Shown here: positions 1 to 8,904 of the stretch, piece by piece
How positions within the stretch are numbered: the stretch's first letter is position 1
Layout: every line of letters begins with the position of its first letter
Source: Alphaproteobacteria bacterium
GTDB lineage: Bacteria > Pseudomonadota > Alphaproteobacteria > Bin95
Direction of reading: 5' to 3'
NCBI GenBank assembly: GCA_963665325.3
Contig: OZ224045.1
Location: 1,504,001 to 1,568,000, forward strand
Length of the DNA: 64,000 bases
Translations under genes and position numbers: made by a program
Notes under the pieces: generated by a model
The model's input: the letters and a program-made list of their open reading frames with translations, nothing else
Database searches by the model: none
Told to the model about the DNA's origin: nothing

Positions 1-783
1 CACGCCCTTGCGGGCGTCGAGCAGCGCCACGTCCTGCGGGGTGGAGACGACGATGGCGCCCGTGACCTCGGCGTTTTGCGAGAGCGTCATCGGCACATCG
101 CCCGTGCCCGGCGGCAGGTCCACCAGCAGCACGTCGAGCGCGCCCCACTGCACCTGGTTCATCATCTGCTGGAGCGCGCCCATCAGCATCGGCCCGCGCC
201 AGACGACCGCCTCGTCCTCGCGTGTCATCAGGCCGATGGACATCATGGTGACGCCGTGGTTGCGCAACGGCAGGATGGTCTTGCCGTCGGGCGAAGCCGG
301 GCGGCCGGAGACGCCGAGCATTCGCGGCTGCGAGGGCCCGTAGACATCGGCATCGAGCAGGCCGACGCGGCGTCCCTCGGCGGCCAGCGCCGCGGCGAGA
401 TTGGCGGTCACGGTGGACTTGCCGACACCGCCCTTGCCCGACGCGATGGCGACAATGCGGTCCACGCCCGGAATCTGCTGAGGTCCGGCGGGCTCGGACC
501 GGCGGCCGATATTGAGTTCCGGCCCCGGCGGGGCGTCGCGGTGGGCGGTCAGCACGGCAGACACCTGCTCGACGCCGGGCACCGCGCGCACGGCGGCCTC
601 GGCCTCGGCGCGCACGCCCTCCATGAGCTCGGCGCGGGCCGGGTCGATCTCCAGCACGAAACGCACCGTGCCGCTATCCACCGTCAGCGCCCGCACCGGG
701 CCGGCCGAGACGAGGTCCTGCCCGCTGACAGGGTCGGTAACTCCCTTCAGCGCGTCCAGAACGTCCTCGCGCGTTGCGGTCAT
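1..783 (-). CDS. apbC: Mrp/ApbC (NBP35-family) Fe-S cluster carrier ATPase; 3' end runs off the window
   Basis: Manual translation from the ATG at 783 gives MTATREDVLDALKGVTDP...IASGKGGVGKST...LLDADVYGPS...VVWRGPM...DLPPGTGD...VSTPQDVAL, the canonical Mrp motifs. The start overlaps the stop of the upstream gene (ATGA). Confidence 0.93.
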   Translation of the reverse strand, partial: MTATREDVLDALKGVTDPVSGQDLVSAGPVRALTVDSGTVRFVLEIDPARAELMEGVRAEAEAAVRAVPGVEQVSAVLTAHRDAPPGPELNIGRRSEPAGPQQIPGVDRIVAIASGKGGVGKSTVTANLAAALAAEGRRVGLLDADVYGPSQPRMLGVSGRPASPDGKTILPLRNHGVTMMSIGLMTREDEAVVWRGPMLMGALQQMMNQVQWGALDVLLVDLPPGTGDVPMTLSQNAEVTGAIVVSTPQDVALLDARKGV

Positions 784-983
784 CCCGCCTTCCCGTCGAT
801 GCGCCCCTCGACGCTGTGGGTGAGGTCGAGCTCGTCAACGGTCAACACTATTCGCGCGGTGAAGCTCTTGCCTTCCGTCTGCGCCGGCCCGGCATTGCGC
901 ATCGCCTCTTCGATCGCCTGCTGCGAGGTGACCCCGACCTGTTTCAGGAACTTGCGCATCGACATGTTGAAATCGCCGCTCAT
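780..983 (-). CDS. Small conserved protein (DUF6494-like)
   Basis: MSGDFNMSMRKFLKQVGVTSQQAIEEA resembles the small protein found beside Mrp in alphaproteobacterial fdh accessory clusters; GGAGG upstream; coupled to mrp. Confidence 0.8.
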   Translation of the reverse strand: MSGDFNMSMRKFLKQVGVTSQQAIEEAMRNAGPAQTEGKSFTARIVLTVDELDLTHSVEGRIDGKAG

Positions 984-1094
984 CGGAACCTCCTCCAGCA
1001 TCTTCGTCCGAGTTTAGCGGAGTTTAGCGGAGACTCCCCGTAAAGTCCGCGCGCCTGCTAGGCTGCAACTGTCCTCAGCGCGGGAGGGACGGCG

Positions 1095-1862
1095 ATGTCG
1101 ATTCGGCAGGCACTCGGACTGGCCGCATTGCTGATGCTTGCGGCCGCCGGCGCAGAGGCGCAGGAGCGCCGGATCACGGTGGCGGCGAGCGCCGAGCTGA
1201 TCGAGAGCGGGCTGCTGAAACACATGCTGCCGCGCTTCTCGCTGAAGACGAGCATCCGGACGACCCCGGTGCCGCTCGAACCGGGCATCGAGGCGGACGT
1301 ATCGATCGGTCCGGCGGTGGAGGGGGGCCAACCGGTCTTCCGGCGCGGAGAGACCATTTATCTTGCCGGCCCCGGCGGAGGCCCGCGCACGGAACTGGCG
1401 AAACGCTTCCTCGACTGGCTCGCTTCCGATATCGGCCAGCGCACCGTGGCGTCCTTTGCGCCGGACGGGAAGCCGCTCTACGAGCCGGCGGCGGGCCCGA
1501 AGGCGGTGGTGCAGGCCCCGGCGGTGACGGGCGACGCGATGGCCGGCGAGCGCCTGGCGCTGGTTCATTGCGGGCGCTGCCATGTGGTCGGGCCGAAGAA
1601 CCGCATGGCGGGCATCGGCTCGACGCCCTCCTTCGGCATGCTGCGCACGCTCGGCGACTGGCAGCGGCGCTTCCGGGCGTTCTTCACGCTGAACCCGCAT
1701 CCGTCCTTCACGCAGGTCGCCGGCGTCACGCCGCCCTTCGACGAGGCGCGCCCATCGCCCATCGCGCCGCTGGAGATCACGGTCTCCGACATCGACGCGA
1801 TCCTGGCCTATGTCGCCACCATCGCCCCGGCCGACCTCGCCGAGCCGCTCAAATACGAGTAA
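1095..1862 (+). CDS. Exported c-type cytochrome with a TupA/ModA-like N-terminal segment
   Basis: Signal peptide; SGLLKHMLPRF and AKRFLDWLASDIGQRTVASF resemble periplasmic oxyanion-binding proteins; CxxCH motif (CGRCH). Confidence 0.75.
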   Translation: MSIRQALGLAALLMLAAAGAEAQERRITVAASAELIESGLLKHMLPRFSLKTSIRTTPVPLEPGIEADVSIGPAVEGGQPVFRRGETIYLAGPGGGPRTELAKRFLDWLASDIGQRTVASFAPDGKPLYEPAAGPKAVVQAPAVTGDAMAGERLALVHCGRCHVVGPKNRMAGIGSTPSFGMLRTLGDWQRRFRAFFTLNPHPSFTQVAGVTPPFDEARPSPIAPLEITVSDIDAILAYVATIAPADLAEPLKYE

Positions 1863-3003
1863 TCCCGCCACCTGCGCCTCGATAATGCGCGGCCAGCCGG
1901 CCAGAGAGCGCCAGCACCGCGTCGAGCTCCCGCCTCCCGGACCAACCGGCGAACTCATGCAGCCCTATCGCCGCCTCGCCGTCCCGGCCGAGCAGCAGCA
2001 CGGCATCGCCGACTGCGGCATCCTCGACATCGGAGAGGTCCAGGGTCAGATGCTCCAGCGACACGGCCAGGACCGGCGCCCGCCGGCCGCGGATGAGCGC
2101 CTCCGGCCGGCTGCCCGGCGCGGGCCGGGCCAGGCCCTGGGCGGCGCCGACGGGTGCGACGCCGGTGCGGCGGCCGCGGCGAATCCCGTAGCTGCCGGCG
2201 ATCGCGATATCGCTGCCCTGCGGATGGTCGGAGACCTGCACCAGCCGGCTGCCGACCTCCGCCAGAACGGGCCGGAACGCCGACAGGTCAGCGACCGAGG
2301 CATCGGCGAAAGGCGACAGGCCGTAGAGCAGGTGGCCGACGCAGACCGCATTGCCCCGGTCGGCCAAACCGGCGGCGACGGAGGCGCTGGCGCCGGCCTG
2401 CGTGACCGGCGGCGCCAGCCCGCGCTCTTTGAGGCGCGCAAGGAAAGAGTCGAAAGCGGCGAACCTCTGCCCCGCCCAGTCGCGTCCGCGCGCGTCGCCG
2501 AAAGGCAGGTGCGTATAGAGCCCCTGCACCTCGAGGCCCGGCATGGCGGCGAGGTCCACAAGAAAGCCTTCGGCCTCCTCGAGCGGCACGCCGAGCCGCC
2601 CCAGCCCGGCATCGACCTTGACATAGACCGGGACGGTTTCGCCCGCTGCCGCCGCGCGCGCCGCGGCCTCCGCGCCCGCCCGGTCCACGATTGTCGGGAC
2701 CAGCCCGGCGCGAATCAGGTCGGCCATGCCCTCCGGCAACGCGCCCGCGAACATGACGACCGGCGTGCGAAGCCCTTCCGAACGCAGCCGGCAGGCTTCG
2801 TCGTAGGAGCCGGTCATGAACGCCGCCAGCCCCTCGCCCTCGAGCGCCCGCGCCACGGGAACCGCGCCATGGCCGTAGGCGTTGCCCTTGAGCGCCGCGA
2901 TGAAGGACTGGCCGGGTGCGCACCGGCGGCGAATCGCGGCGAGATTGGCCAGCAGCCGGTCCAGGTCGTAAACGGCCCAGCCGGGATGCACGGAGTCAGA
3001 CAT
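1849..3003 (-). CDS. alr: Alanine racemase-family PLP enzyme (divergent)
   Basis: DLDRLLANL, ALKGNAYGHG (PLP lysine), KVDAGLGRLG, GLYTH, SYG motifs; start placed at the ATG at 3003. Confidence 0.85.
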   Translation of the reverse strand: MSDSVHPGWAVYDLDRLLANLAAIRRRCAPGQSFIAALKGNAYGHGAVPVARALEGEGLAAFMTGSYDEACRLRSEGLRTPVVMFAGALPEGMADLIRAGLVPTIVDRAGAEAAARAAAAGETVPVYVKVDAGLGRLGVPLEEAEGFLVDLAAMPGLEVQGLYTHLPFGDARGRDWAGQRFAAFDSFLARLKERGLAPPVTQAGASASVAAGLADRGNAVCVGHLLYGLSPFADASVADLSAFRPVLAEVGSRLVQVSDHPQGSDIAIAGSYGIRRGRRTGVAPVGAAQGLARPAPGSRPEALIRGRRAPVLAVSLEHLTLDLSDVEDAAVGDAVLLLGRDGEAAIGLHEFAGWSGRRELDAVLALSGRLAAHYRGAGGGITRI

Positions 3004-3155
3004 TCGGCAATCCTCCCCGGTACGCCGCCGGCATGCCGTCCCGGCCGGCGCGCATCGCGACCGCCTTATACCGCCATACGGCCCGGAGCCGATGAGCCAA
3101 TGGCCGGATTTCGACAAACGCGGCACGGCACGGTTGCAGGGCCCACTCCATCTGG

Positions 3156-3184
3156 ATGTCATGAAATGTCATGAAATGTCATGA
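3156..3184. repeat. Tandem 10-bp repeat (ATGTCATGAA x ~3)
   Basis: atgtcatgaa atgtcatgaa atgtcatga read directly; each unit contains palindromic TCATGA. Confidence 0.85.
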
Positions 3185-3679
3185 GGCGCGTCGCGCCGCA
3201 CCCCTCTCGGCCTGCCTCGCCGAAGCTCCGCCCGCCGCCATCCTGCATGCCGTTCCTCCATCGCGTTTCGTTCTACTCCGTTCCGTTTCCCCCGCCGCCG
3301 GCTTTCCCGGGCGGTGGGACCCTTTTTCGCGCGTATCGCGTGCGGGTGCGGGCGCCCGTTGGCGCCGGCGCGGTTCGCGCGCCTGATTGCGCCTGCGCGC
3401 GCAAGGCAAACGCAAGGCATACGTCTCCCGTTACTTTCTCAGGGCTCTTTTTTCGCGCCGGCGCGAACGGTAGGAACCCGGCCCCGCGCGGATACCGGTC
3501 CCTTCCTCCCGCCCCATATTGGCACGGTTGGTTCCGGTGTCAAGATCATGAATAAGAATTATTTCATATAACATGAACAAACGGCTGGTCGCAGTCGCGG
3601 GTCCGGCGGAGCAGGCCCCTTGTCTTGAGAGCCGGCGTCGTCATGCTTGCCTCGACAGTGGCGAGAGAGGGGCCCGACA

Positions 3680-4070
3680 GTGGAACCGATTGCGGAAACG
3701 GCCTATGCCAATCTGGACCGGCTCTCATGTCTCGAGATCCAGGGAGCGGCGCTGCCGCACGGCGTAAAGACGGGCCTCTACGAGGCGGCGCGGGAAGCCG
3801 AGGGCCGGCCGCTCACCCTTGCCGCGGCCGAACTGCTCGACCGGCCGCCGGCCCGTATCGGCATCGTCACGGGGGCCGCCGTTCCCGACCACATGCCCGC
3901 AGGCGAGAATGACGGACCGCTGGGCTCGGTTGTGCTGGCGCAGGCCCTCGTCCGCATGGGGCATCGGGTGAGTTTCTATACCGACCCGCCGGCGGCGCCG
4001 GCGATAGAGGCCCTGGCGGCGCGTTACGGCCTCGACGCGCCGACGGTGCATCTCGGCCTGCACGACACCG
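3680..4070 (+). pseudogene. 5' fragment of a D-glutamate cyclase-like (DUF4392) gene, interrupted by the integrative element
   Basis: GTG start after GAGAGGGG; IGIVTGAAVP...GENDGPLGSVVLAQAL matches the E(T/N)DGP motif; the frame stops a few codons after the ACACCG junction. Confidence 0.85.
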
Positions 4071-4074
4071 CGCA
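4065..4074 (+). repeat. attL-like core / target duplication ACACCGCGCA
   Basis: Matches 26681-26690 (ACACCGAGCA) at 9/10 with 6 bp exact; lies where the DUF4392 frame breaks. Confidence 0.8.
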
Positions 4075-4113
4075 GCGCACCGGTGGGTGCTAACTATCTG
4101 ACTTAGTGTCGTT

Positions 4114-4192
4114 TTTTCTCCCGAAAATATAGCGGTCGGGGAAGCGGTTTGCAACTGCCTGTTCCCCGGCTGCCACCGGAGCCGGGAGAAAA
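4114..4192 (+). promoter_or_regulatory. Long nested hairpin covering the RBS of integrase 1
   Basis: ttttctcccg(4114-23)/cgggagaaaa(4183-92); gcggtcggggaa(4132-43)/ttccccggctgc(4162-73); gcggtt/aactgc, with G-U pairs. Confidence 0.55.
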
Positions 4193-4195
4193 GGC

Positions 4196-5320
4196 ATGCC
4201 TGCAACCATCCTCACCGACGCCCGCGTAAGGGCGCTCAAATCGCGCAAGACAGTCCGCGACTTCCGTGACGGCAAGCTCAGGGGCTTCGGCGTGCGCGTG
4301 TCGCCGTCGGGCCGCAAGCAGTTCTTCATCCAGTGCCAGCATGGGGGCGAACGGACCTGGAGGATCGTCGGCGACGCCGGGAGCATGAACGTCACGGAGG
4401 CGCGGGCTTCGGCTGATGAAATGCTTGCCGCCGTCCGGCGCGGCGAGGACATGGTCCACGCGCCCGGCGAGACTGTCTTCGAAGCCGTCGCCGAGGCGAC
4501 GTTCGGGCATTACGAGCGGCTCTGGAAGCCGGGGACGCTGTCCGTCAATCGCTACTATCTTCGCAACCAGCTGTTGCCGTATTTCGCGGGGCGGACGATC
4601 GCCGACATCGACCGGCAGGAGGTGAGGAACTGGTTCGCCCGCCTGCACGCGACACCGGTCGCCGCGGACAGGTCCATGCCGATCCTGTCCGTCATCATGA
4701 CGGAGGCGGAGCGGCTGGGCCTGCGGCCCGAGGGCTCCAATCCCTGCCGGGGCATCAGGCGCTACCGCCGCAAGGGCCGGGAGCGTTTCCTGTCCGACGA
4801 CGAAATCCGCCGCCTGTCGGAAAGGTTGACTGCGCATGAGGCACGTTGGCCCGGACAGGCTGCGCTCATCCGCCTGCTGCTGCTCACCGGGTGCCGCAAG
4901 AGCGAAATCCTGACGCTCAGGTGGTCTGACTACCGGGACGCCCATCTGTTCTTGCGCGACAGCAAGACGGGGCCGAGGACCGTGTGGCTCTCCGGACCGG
5001 CGTGCGCCGTTCTCGACGGCATCGAGCGGAAGGGACGCTGGGTGTTCCCGGCGTCGCGGAGTGACCGCCCCCGGAGCATCAACTGGCTGGAACGTTTCTG
5101 GAAGCGGGTCCGCGCCGAGGCGGAGCTTGAGGACGTGCATCTTCACGACCTTCGCCATACCGTAGCCAGCCTGGCCCTCAGGCAGGGCGAGACCGTGCTG
5201 GCGATCGGGAGGCTGCTCGGCCACAACAGGCCCGAGACCACGCTGAAATACATCCACCTTGCCGACGCCATGGTGCGCGATGCCGCCGAGACGGTCGGCA
5301 CCGCGCTGGCAGGAGAATAA
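4196..5320 (+). CDS. Tyrosine recombinase/integrase 1 with arm-binding (DUF4102-like) N-domain
   Basis: GFGVRVSPSGRK arm domain; catalytic LTGCRKSE, DSKTG, HDLRH, LLGH, TLKY. Confidence 0.95.
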   Translation: MPATILTDARVRALKSRKTVRDFRDGKLRGFGVRVSPSGRKQFFIQCQHGGERTWRIVGDAGSMNVTEARASADEMLAAVRRGEDMVHAPGETVFEAVAEATFGHYERLWKPGTLSVNRYYLRNQLLPYFAGRTIADIDRQEVRNWFARLHATPVAADRSMPILSVIMTEAERLGLRPEGSNPCRGIRRYRRKGRERFLSDDEIRRLSERLTAHEARWPGQAALIRLLLLTGCRKSEILTLRWSDYRDAHLFLRDSKTGPRTVWLSGPACAVLDGIERKGRWVFPASRSDRPRSINWLERFWKRVRAEAELEDVHLHDLRHTVASLALRQGETVLAIGRLLGHNRPETTLKYIHLADAMVRDAAETVGTALAGE

Positions 5321-5323
5321 GCC

Positions 5324-6493
5324 ATGGCGGCAAGAGAGAAGATGAAGCTCACCAACGCCGCCATTGCCCGGCTCCGGCCCCGCGAGCGGGAATACACGGT
5401 CTGGGACAGCGGCATTGCCGGCCTCGGCGTCCGGGTGCGGCCCACCGGCGGGCGCAGCTATGTGTTGCTTCTGGACATCGGCGGGCGTACGAAGCGCATC
5501 TCGCTCGGCCCGGTCGGCGTGAAGAGCCTTGAGGAGATCCGCAGGGAATGCCACGGCCGCCGCGCGAACCCGGAGCCCGGGACAAGGGTCGAGGCGGCCT
5601 GTCCGGTCCCGCTGTTCCGGGACTTCGTCGCGGGGCCGTGGAAGGCGGCGCATTACGACCGCTACAAGCCTTCGACGAAGAAGACCGCCCGATATACGCT
5701 GGCGAGCCAGCTTCTGCCCGTCTTCGGGTCGAAGCCGCTGGACCGCATAAGCGAGGCGCGGATCGGGCGCTGGTTCGACCGCTTCAGCCGCACCGCGCCC
5801 GGCAACGCCAATCACATACTCGGCCGCCTCCGGCAGATCCTGAACTTCGCCATCGCCTGCGGCCATATCGAACGCAATCCCGCCGACGGCATCGCGCTCA
5901 ACCGGCGGGCGAAGCTCATGCGCTTCCTGTCCACGGAGGAGCTCGGACGCCTGCATGCCGCGCTGGATGCGCAGACCCGCAAGGACAGACGGCCGCAGGC
6001 AGACATCATCCGGCTGCTGCTGCTCACCGGATGCCGCAAGGGCGAGATCGTCAATCTGCGCCGGTCGGAAATCCGCGACGGCATGCTGGCGCTCGCCGAT
6101 GCCAAGACGGGGCCGAGGACGGTTCCGCTTAACAACCAGGCCCGCGCCATTCTCGACCGGCAGCCGCGCGGCGGAAGCCCTTTCGTGTTCCCCTCTCCGC
6201 TCGACCCTGCCCGCCCGCGCACTGAACTCACCCTCTGGTATCGCGTCCGCCGCGAGGCCGGAATCGAGGACTGCCGTCTTCATGATCTCCGGCATACGAT
6301 GGCGAGTCACGCTGTCATGAACGGCGTGCCGGTACCGGTGGTCTCCAGGTTGCTGGGCCACAGCAACGTGCAGATGACGCTGCGCTACGCCCATCTCGCC
6401 GACCGCGACATCAAGGCGGCGGCAGAGCGGGTGGGGGAAGCCATGGCGAAGACCATGGCGGGTGACCCGTCCGAGGCACATGATCAGAACTGA
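5324..6493 (+). CDS. Tyrosine recombinase/integrase 2, paralog of integrase 1
   Basis: GLGVRVRPTGGR arm domain; LTGCRKGE, DAKTG, HDLRH, LLGHS, TLRY; AGGAG RBS inside the end of integrase 1. Confidence 0.95.
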   Translation: MAAREKMKLTNAAIARLRPREREYTVWDSGIAGLGVRVRPTGGRSYVLLLDIGGRTKRISLGPVGVKSLEEIRRECHGRRANPEPGTRVEAACPVPLFRDFVAGPWKAAHYDRYKPSTKKTARYTLASQLLPVFGSKPLDRISEARIGRWFDRFSRTAPGNANHILGRLRQILNFAIACGHIERNPADGIALNRRAKLMRFLSTEELGRLHAALDAQTRKDRRPQADIIRLLLLTGCRKGEIVNLRRSEIRDGMLALADAKTGPRTVPLNNQARAILDRQPRGGSPFVFPSPLDPARPRTELTLWYRVRREAGIEDCRLHDLRHTMASHAVMNGVPVPVVSRLLGHSNVQMTLRYAHLADRDIKAAAERVGEAMAKTMAGDPSEAHDQN

Positions 6494-6579
6494 CCATGCC
6501 GGCACGATAACAGGCATGCACGATTACGTATGGCGCGACAAACAGGATGATACGAATCTCACCTTGATCGCTGCGCCAT

Positions 6580-7110
6580 ACTCGCGGCGCTCAAGTCCGA
6601 CTTCGCCGCCGGGATGATGCCGTCGGGGCGGTTCGGGGCGAGCGCCGCCTGGCTGTGGCTGGCGGCGATGGCGCTGCTGCGCCGCGCCGCCTACGGCCCC
6701 GAGTGGCGCTGGATACGAATGAAGTGCATCCGCGCGGTATGGCTCCACCTCGTCGCTCGCGGCGTGCGTCACGGGCGAGGGGTCAAGGTCGTGCCTGGCG
6801 CCGGCGGCGCCCATCTCATGGCCTCGCGCCAGCGGATGAATCTGGCCATGCCGCCGCTGGCATCCGCGCCCGGCTGACCCCACCTCGAACGGATCTGCAC
6901 CGATAAAACAATCCGGCACGACGCCGGACGGAGCCGCGCGCGCCCAAGACGTCGGTGAAGACCCAACCATCCCGAAAATGCCGACCTTCCCGCTCCGCAA
7001 AAGCCTCTTGCAAGCGACAACAGCCTGATCGACGACCCGGCAGAACCCGACAGCCCTGCTCAAGGCCGAAATCCAGTCGCAGCAAAAGAAATCAGTTCGC
7101 CGATCGGGGG
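6580..7110 (+). mobile_element. IS1380-family remnant (transposase C-terminus and probable right end)
   Basis: ALKSDFAAGMMPSGRFGASAAWLWLA...RMKCIRAVWLHLVARGVRHGR resembles the IS1380 transposase tail; non-coding tail ends in ...CCGATCGGGGG. Confidence 0.6.
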
Positions 7111-7330
7111 CTCGTGCCACGGCTTGACTCCCGCGCCCATGCGCCGGACATTTTCTCTCGCAGACATTCCGCGCGTCCCGCTCTGTCGGGTCGCCCGCCG
7201 AATAGAACAGCCTGATACCCGGCGAGGGGTAGCTCCCCGCGCTTGGCGAATAGGCGGGGTCATCTCACGTGCGCGTGGAGTGTCTGCAACGGCCTGACGC
7301 CAGCCGGCCGGGCCTTGCAGAGGGTCCGTC

Positions 7331-8074
7331 ATGCAGAGCGCCTTTCCGCCGATTTTCGTCATCTCCCTCGAACGGGAGCCCGAGCGCCGCGCCCGCATGC
7401 GGCAGGAGCTCGCCGGCTTCGACTTCGAATTTTTCGACGCCGTGGACGGGAAGGCGCTGGATGCCGCCGACTACGCCCACCGCATGGATGCCGAGTGGTT
7501 TCGCATCATGCGGGGCCGTGAGCTGGCGCCGGGAGAAATCGGCTGCTTCCTCTCGCACTACGGCCTGTGGGAACGCCTGGTCGAGACCGGGATACCTTGC
7601 GCTCTCGTGCTCGAAGACGATGCCCGGCTTGAAGACGGGTTTCGGGAGGTCGTCGCGGAGGCCGTGAAGATTCAGGACGAGTGGGATGTTGTCTATCTCG
7701 CCGCGATGAAGAAGCCGCTGCGCACAGTCCGCATGATCGCCGCCCTGGACGGCTGCCGATGGCTCATCCAGTGCCGCCGGCGCACAGGGGGCGTCGGCTA
7801 TCTCATCCGGCTGGATGCTGCGAAGGTGCTGCTACACTACTGCTGGCGTATCCGCTCCCCTATCGACTACCTCTATACGGGTTGGTGGGACAACGGGCTC
7901 CGGGTCTATGCCATCGATCCGGCAATCGTCCGCCATGCCGGAATGCCGTCCACCATCATGACGTGGGAGGGTGGCAAATGGCCGAAGCTGAAGCGGACGC
8001 TTCTCGAACACGCGGCCGGTTATTTCTGGCGCAAGGCCGACAAGCTGCTCTCTCGTGCCCGGTCGAAGGGATAA
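7331..8074 (+). CDS. Glycosyltransferase family 25
   Basis: IFVISL...ERR, FFDAVDG, GEIGCFLSH, LVLEDDA motifs. Confidence 0.92.
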   Translation: MQSAFPPIFVISLEREPERRARMRQELAGFDFEFFDAVDGKALDAADYAHRMDAEWFRIMRGRELAPGEIGCFLSHYGLWERLVETGIPCALVLEDDARLEDGFREVVAEAVKIQDEWDVVYLAAMKKPLRTVRMIAALDGCRWLIQCRRRTGGVGYLIRLDAAKVLLHYCWRIRSPIDYLYTGWWDNGLRVYAIDPAIVRHAGMPSTIMTWEGGKWPKLKRTLLEHAAGYFWRKADKLLSRARSKG

Positions 8075-8079
8075 GCGGG

Positions 8080-8904
8080 ATGCTGCCTGTCTTTATCATC
8101 AACCTCGACCGTCGCCCAGACCGTTGGGCGGCCATGACCGCGCAACTCGAACGGCTTGGCATCGAGGCGGCGCGCGTTCGAGCCCTCGACGCCAAGCTAC
8201 TCATGCTGCAAGAGGAGTTCGATCCATCCGAGCCAGGGCGGATGGTCTCTATTGGTGAAGAAGCCTGCACTCTCTCGCATATGAAGGCGCTGGCCGCTTT
8301 TCTGCGCACGACGCACCCGGCCGCCCTCATCCTTGAAGACGATGTTGATATGGCGAACAGCCTGCCAAGCATTCTGGATTCGATGGAATGGTGGCCAAGA
8401 GGGGCGGGCCTCATCAAGCTGGAAACCCACTTCGAGAAACGCCGGCATTTGGGTCCTTCCATTGGCACCGCGCCTGGCTGTCATTCGCTCCACCGGATTG
8501 CATGGGTCCATCCAGGCGCGGCCGGCTATCTCATCAACCGGGAGACCGCAGAGATCGTGTTGGCGGAGGCCGGAACGCACACGATGCAGATCGACCTTTT
8601 GCTGTTCTCTCTGCGGGACTCACCATTGGCACGGCGGTTGGAGCCCGTGCAGATGTTGCCTGCCCTCACCCGCCAGATTGAAGACGAGTTATTCGAGACC
8701 TCCGACATTGCACCGTTCCGACCCAGGACGATGTACAAGCTGTTCAAGAAGCGACAGCGAGCGCAACAAGGTCGGTGGATGCGCTGGCGGCAGAAGCTGC
8801 GGATCGTGCTGCTTCAAGTGACCGGGCGCGTTCGCCGTCGGCCCACGCCGTTCGCACAGCGGAAATGCTGCTCTCCCGCGCCCGGTCGCAGGGATAAGCC
8901 ATGA
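8080..8904 (+). CDS. Glycosyltransferase family 25 (second copy)
   Basis: From ATG 8080: MLPVFIINLDRRPDRW, GEEACTLSH, LILEDDV, AAGYLI. Confidence 0.9.
   Translation: MLPVFIINLDRRPDRWAAMTAQLERLGIEAARVRALDAKLLMLQEEFDPSEPGRMVSIGEEACTLSHMKALAAFLRTTHPAALILEDDVDMANSLPSILDSMEWWPRGAGLIKLETHFEKRRHLGPSIGTAPGCHSLHRIAWVHPGAAGYLINRETAEIVLAEAGTHTMQIDLLLFSLRDSPLARRLEPVQMLPALTRQIEDELFETSDIAPFRPRTMYKLFKKRQRAQQGRWMRWRQKLRIVLLQVTGRVRRRPTPFAQRKCCSPAPGRRDKP

Noticed and set aside
3120-3540. Sigma-54 promoter candidates (ggcacg...ttgca; ttggcacg)
   Set aside because: GG-N10-GC spacing is not met in either case.
4103-6517. 804-aa minus-strand ORF with an internal duplication
   Set aside because: Antisense shadow of the two in-frame integrases; the duplication just mirrors their paralogy.
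7681-8079. N-terminal extension of the second GT25
   Set aside because: Overlaps the first GT25 in another frame; family similarity begins at ATG 8080.
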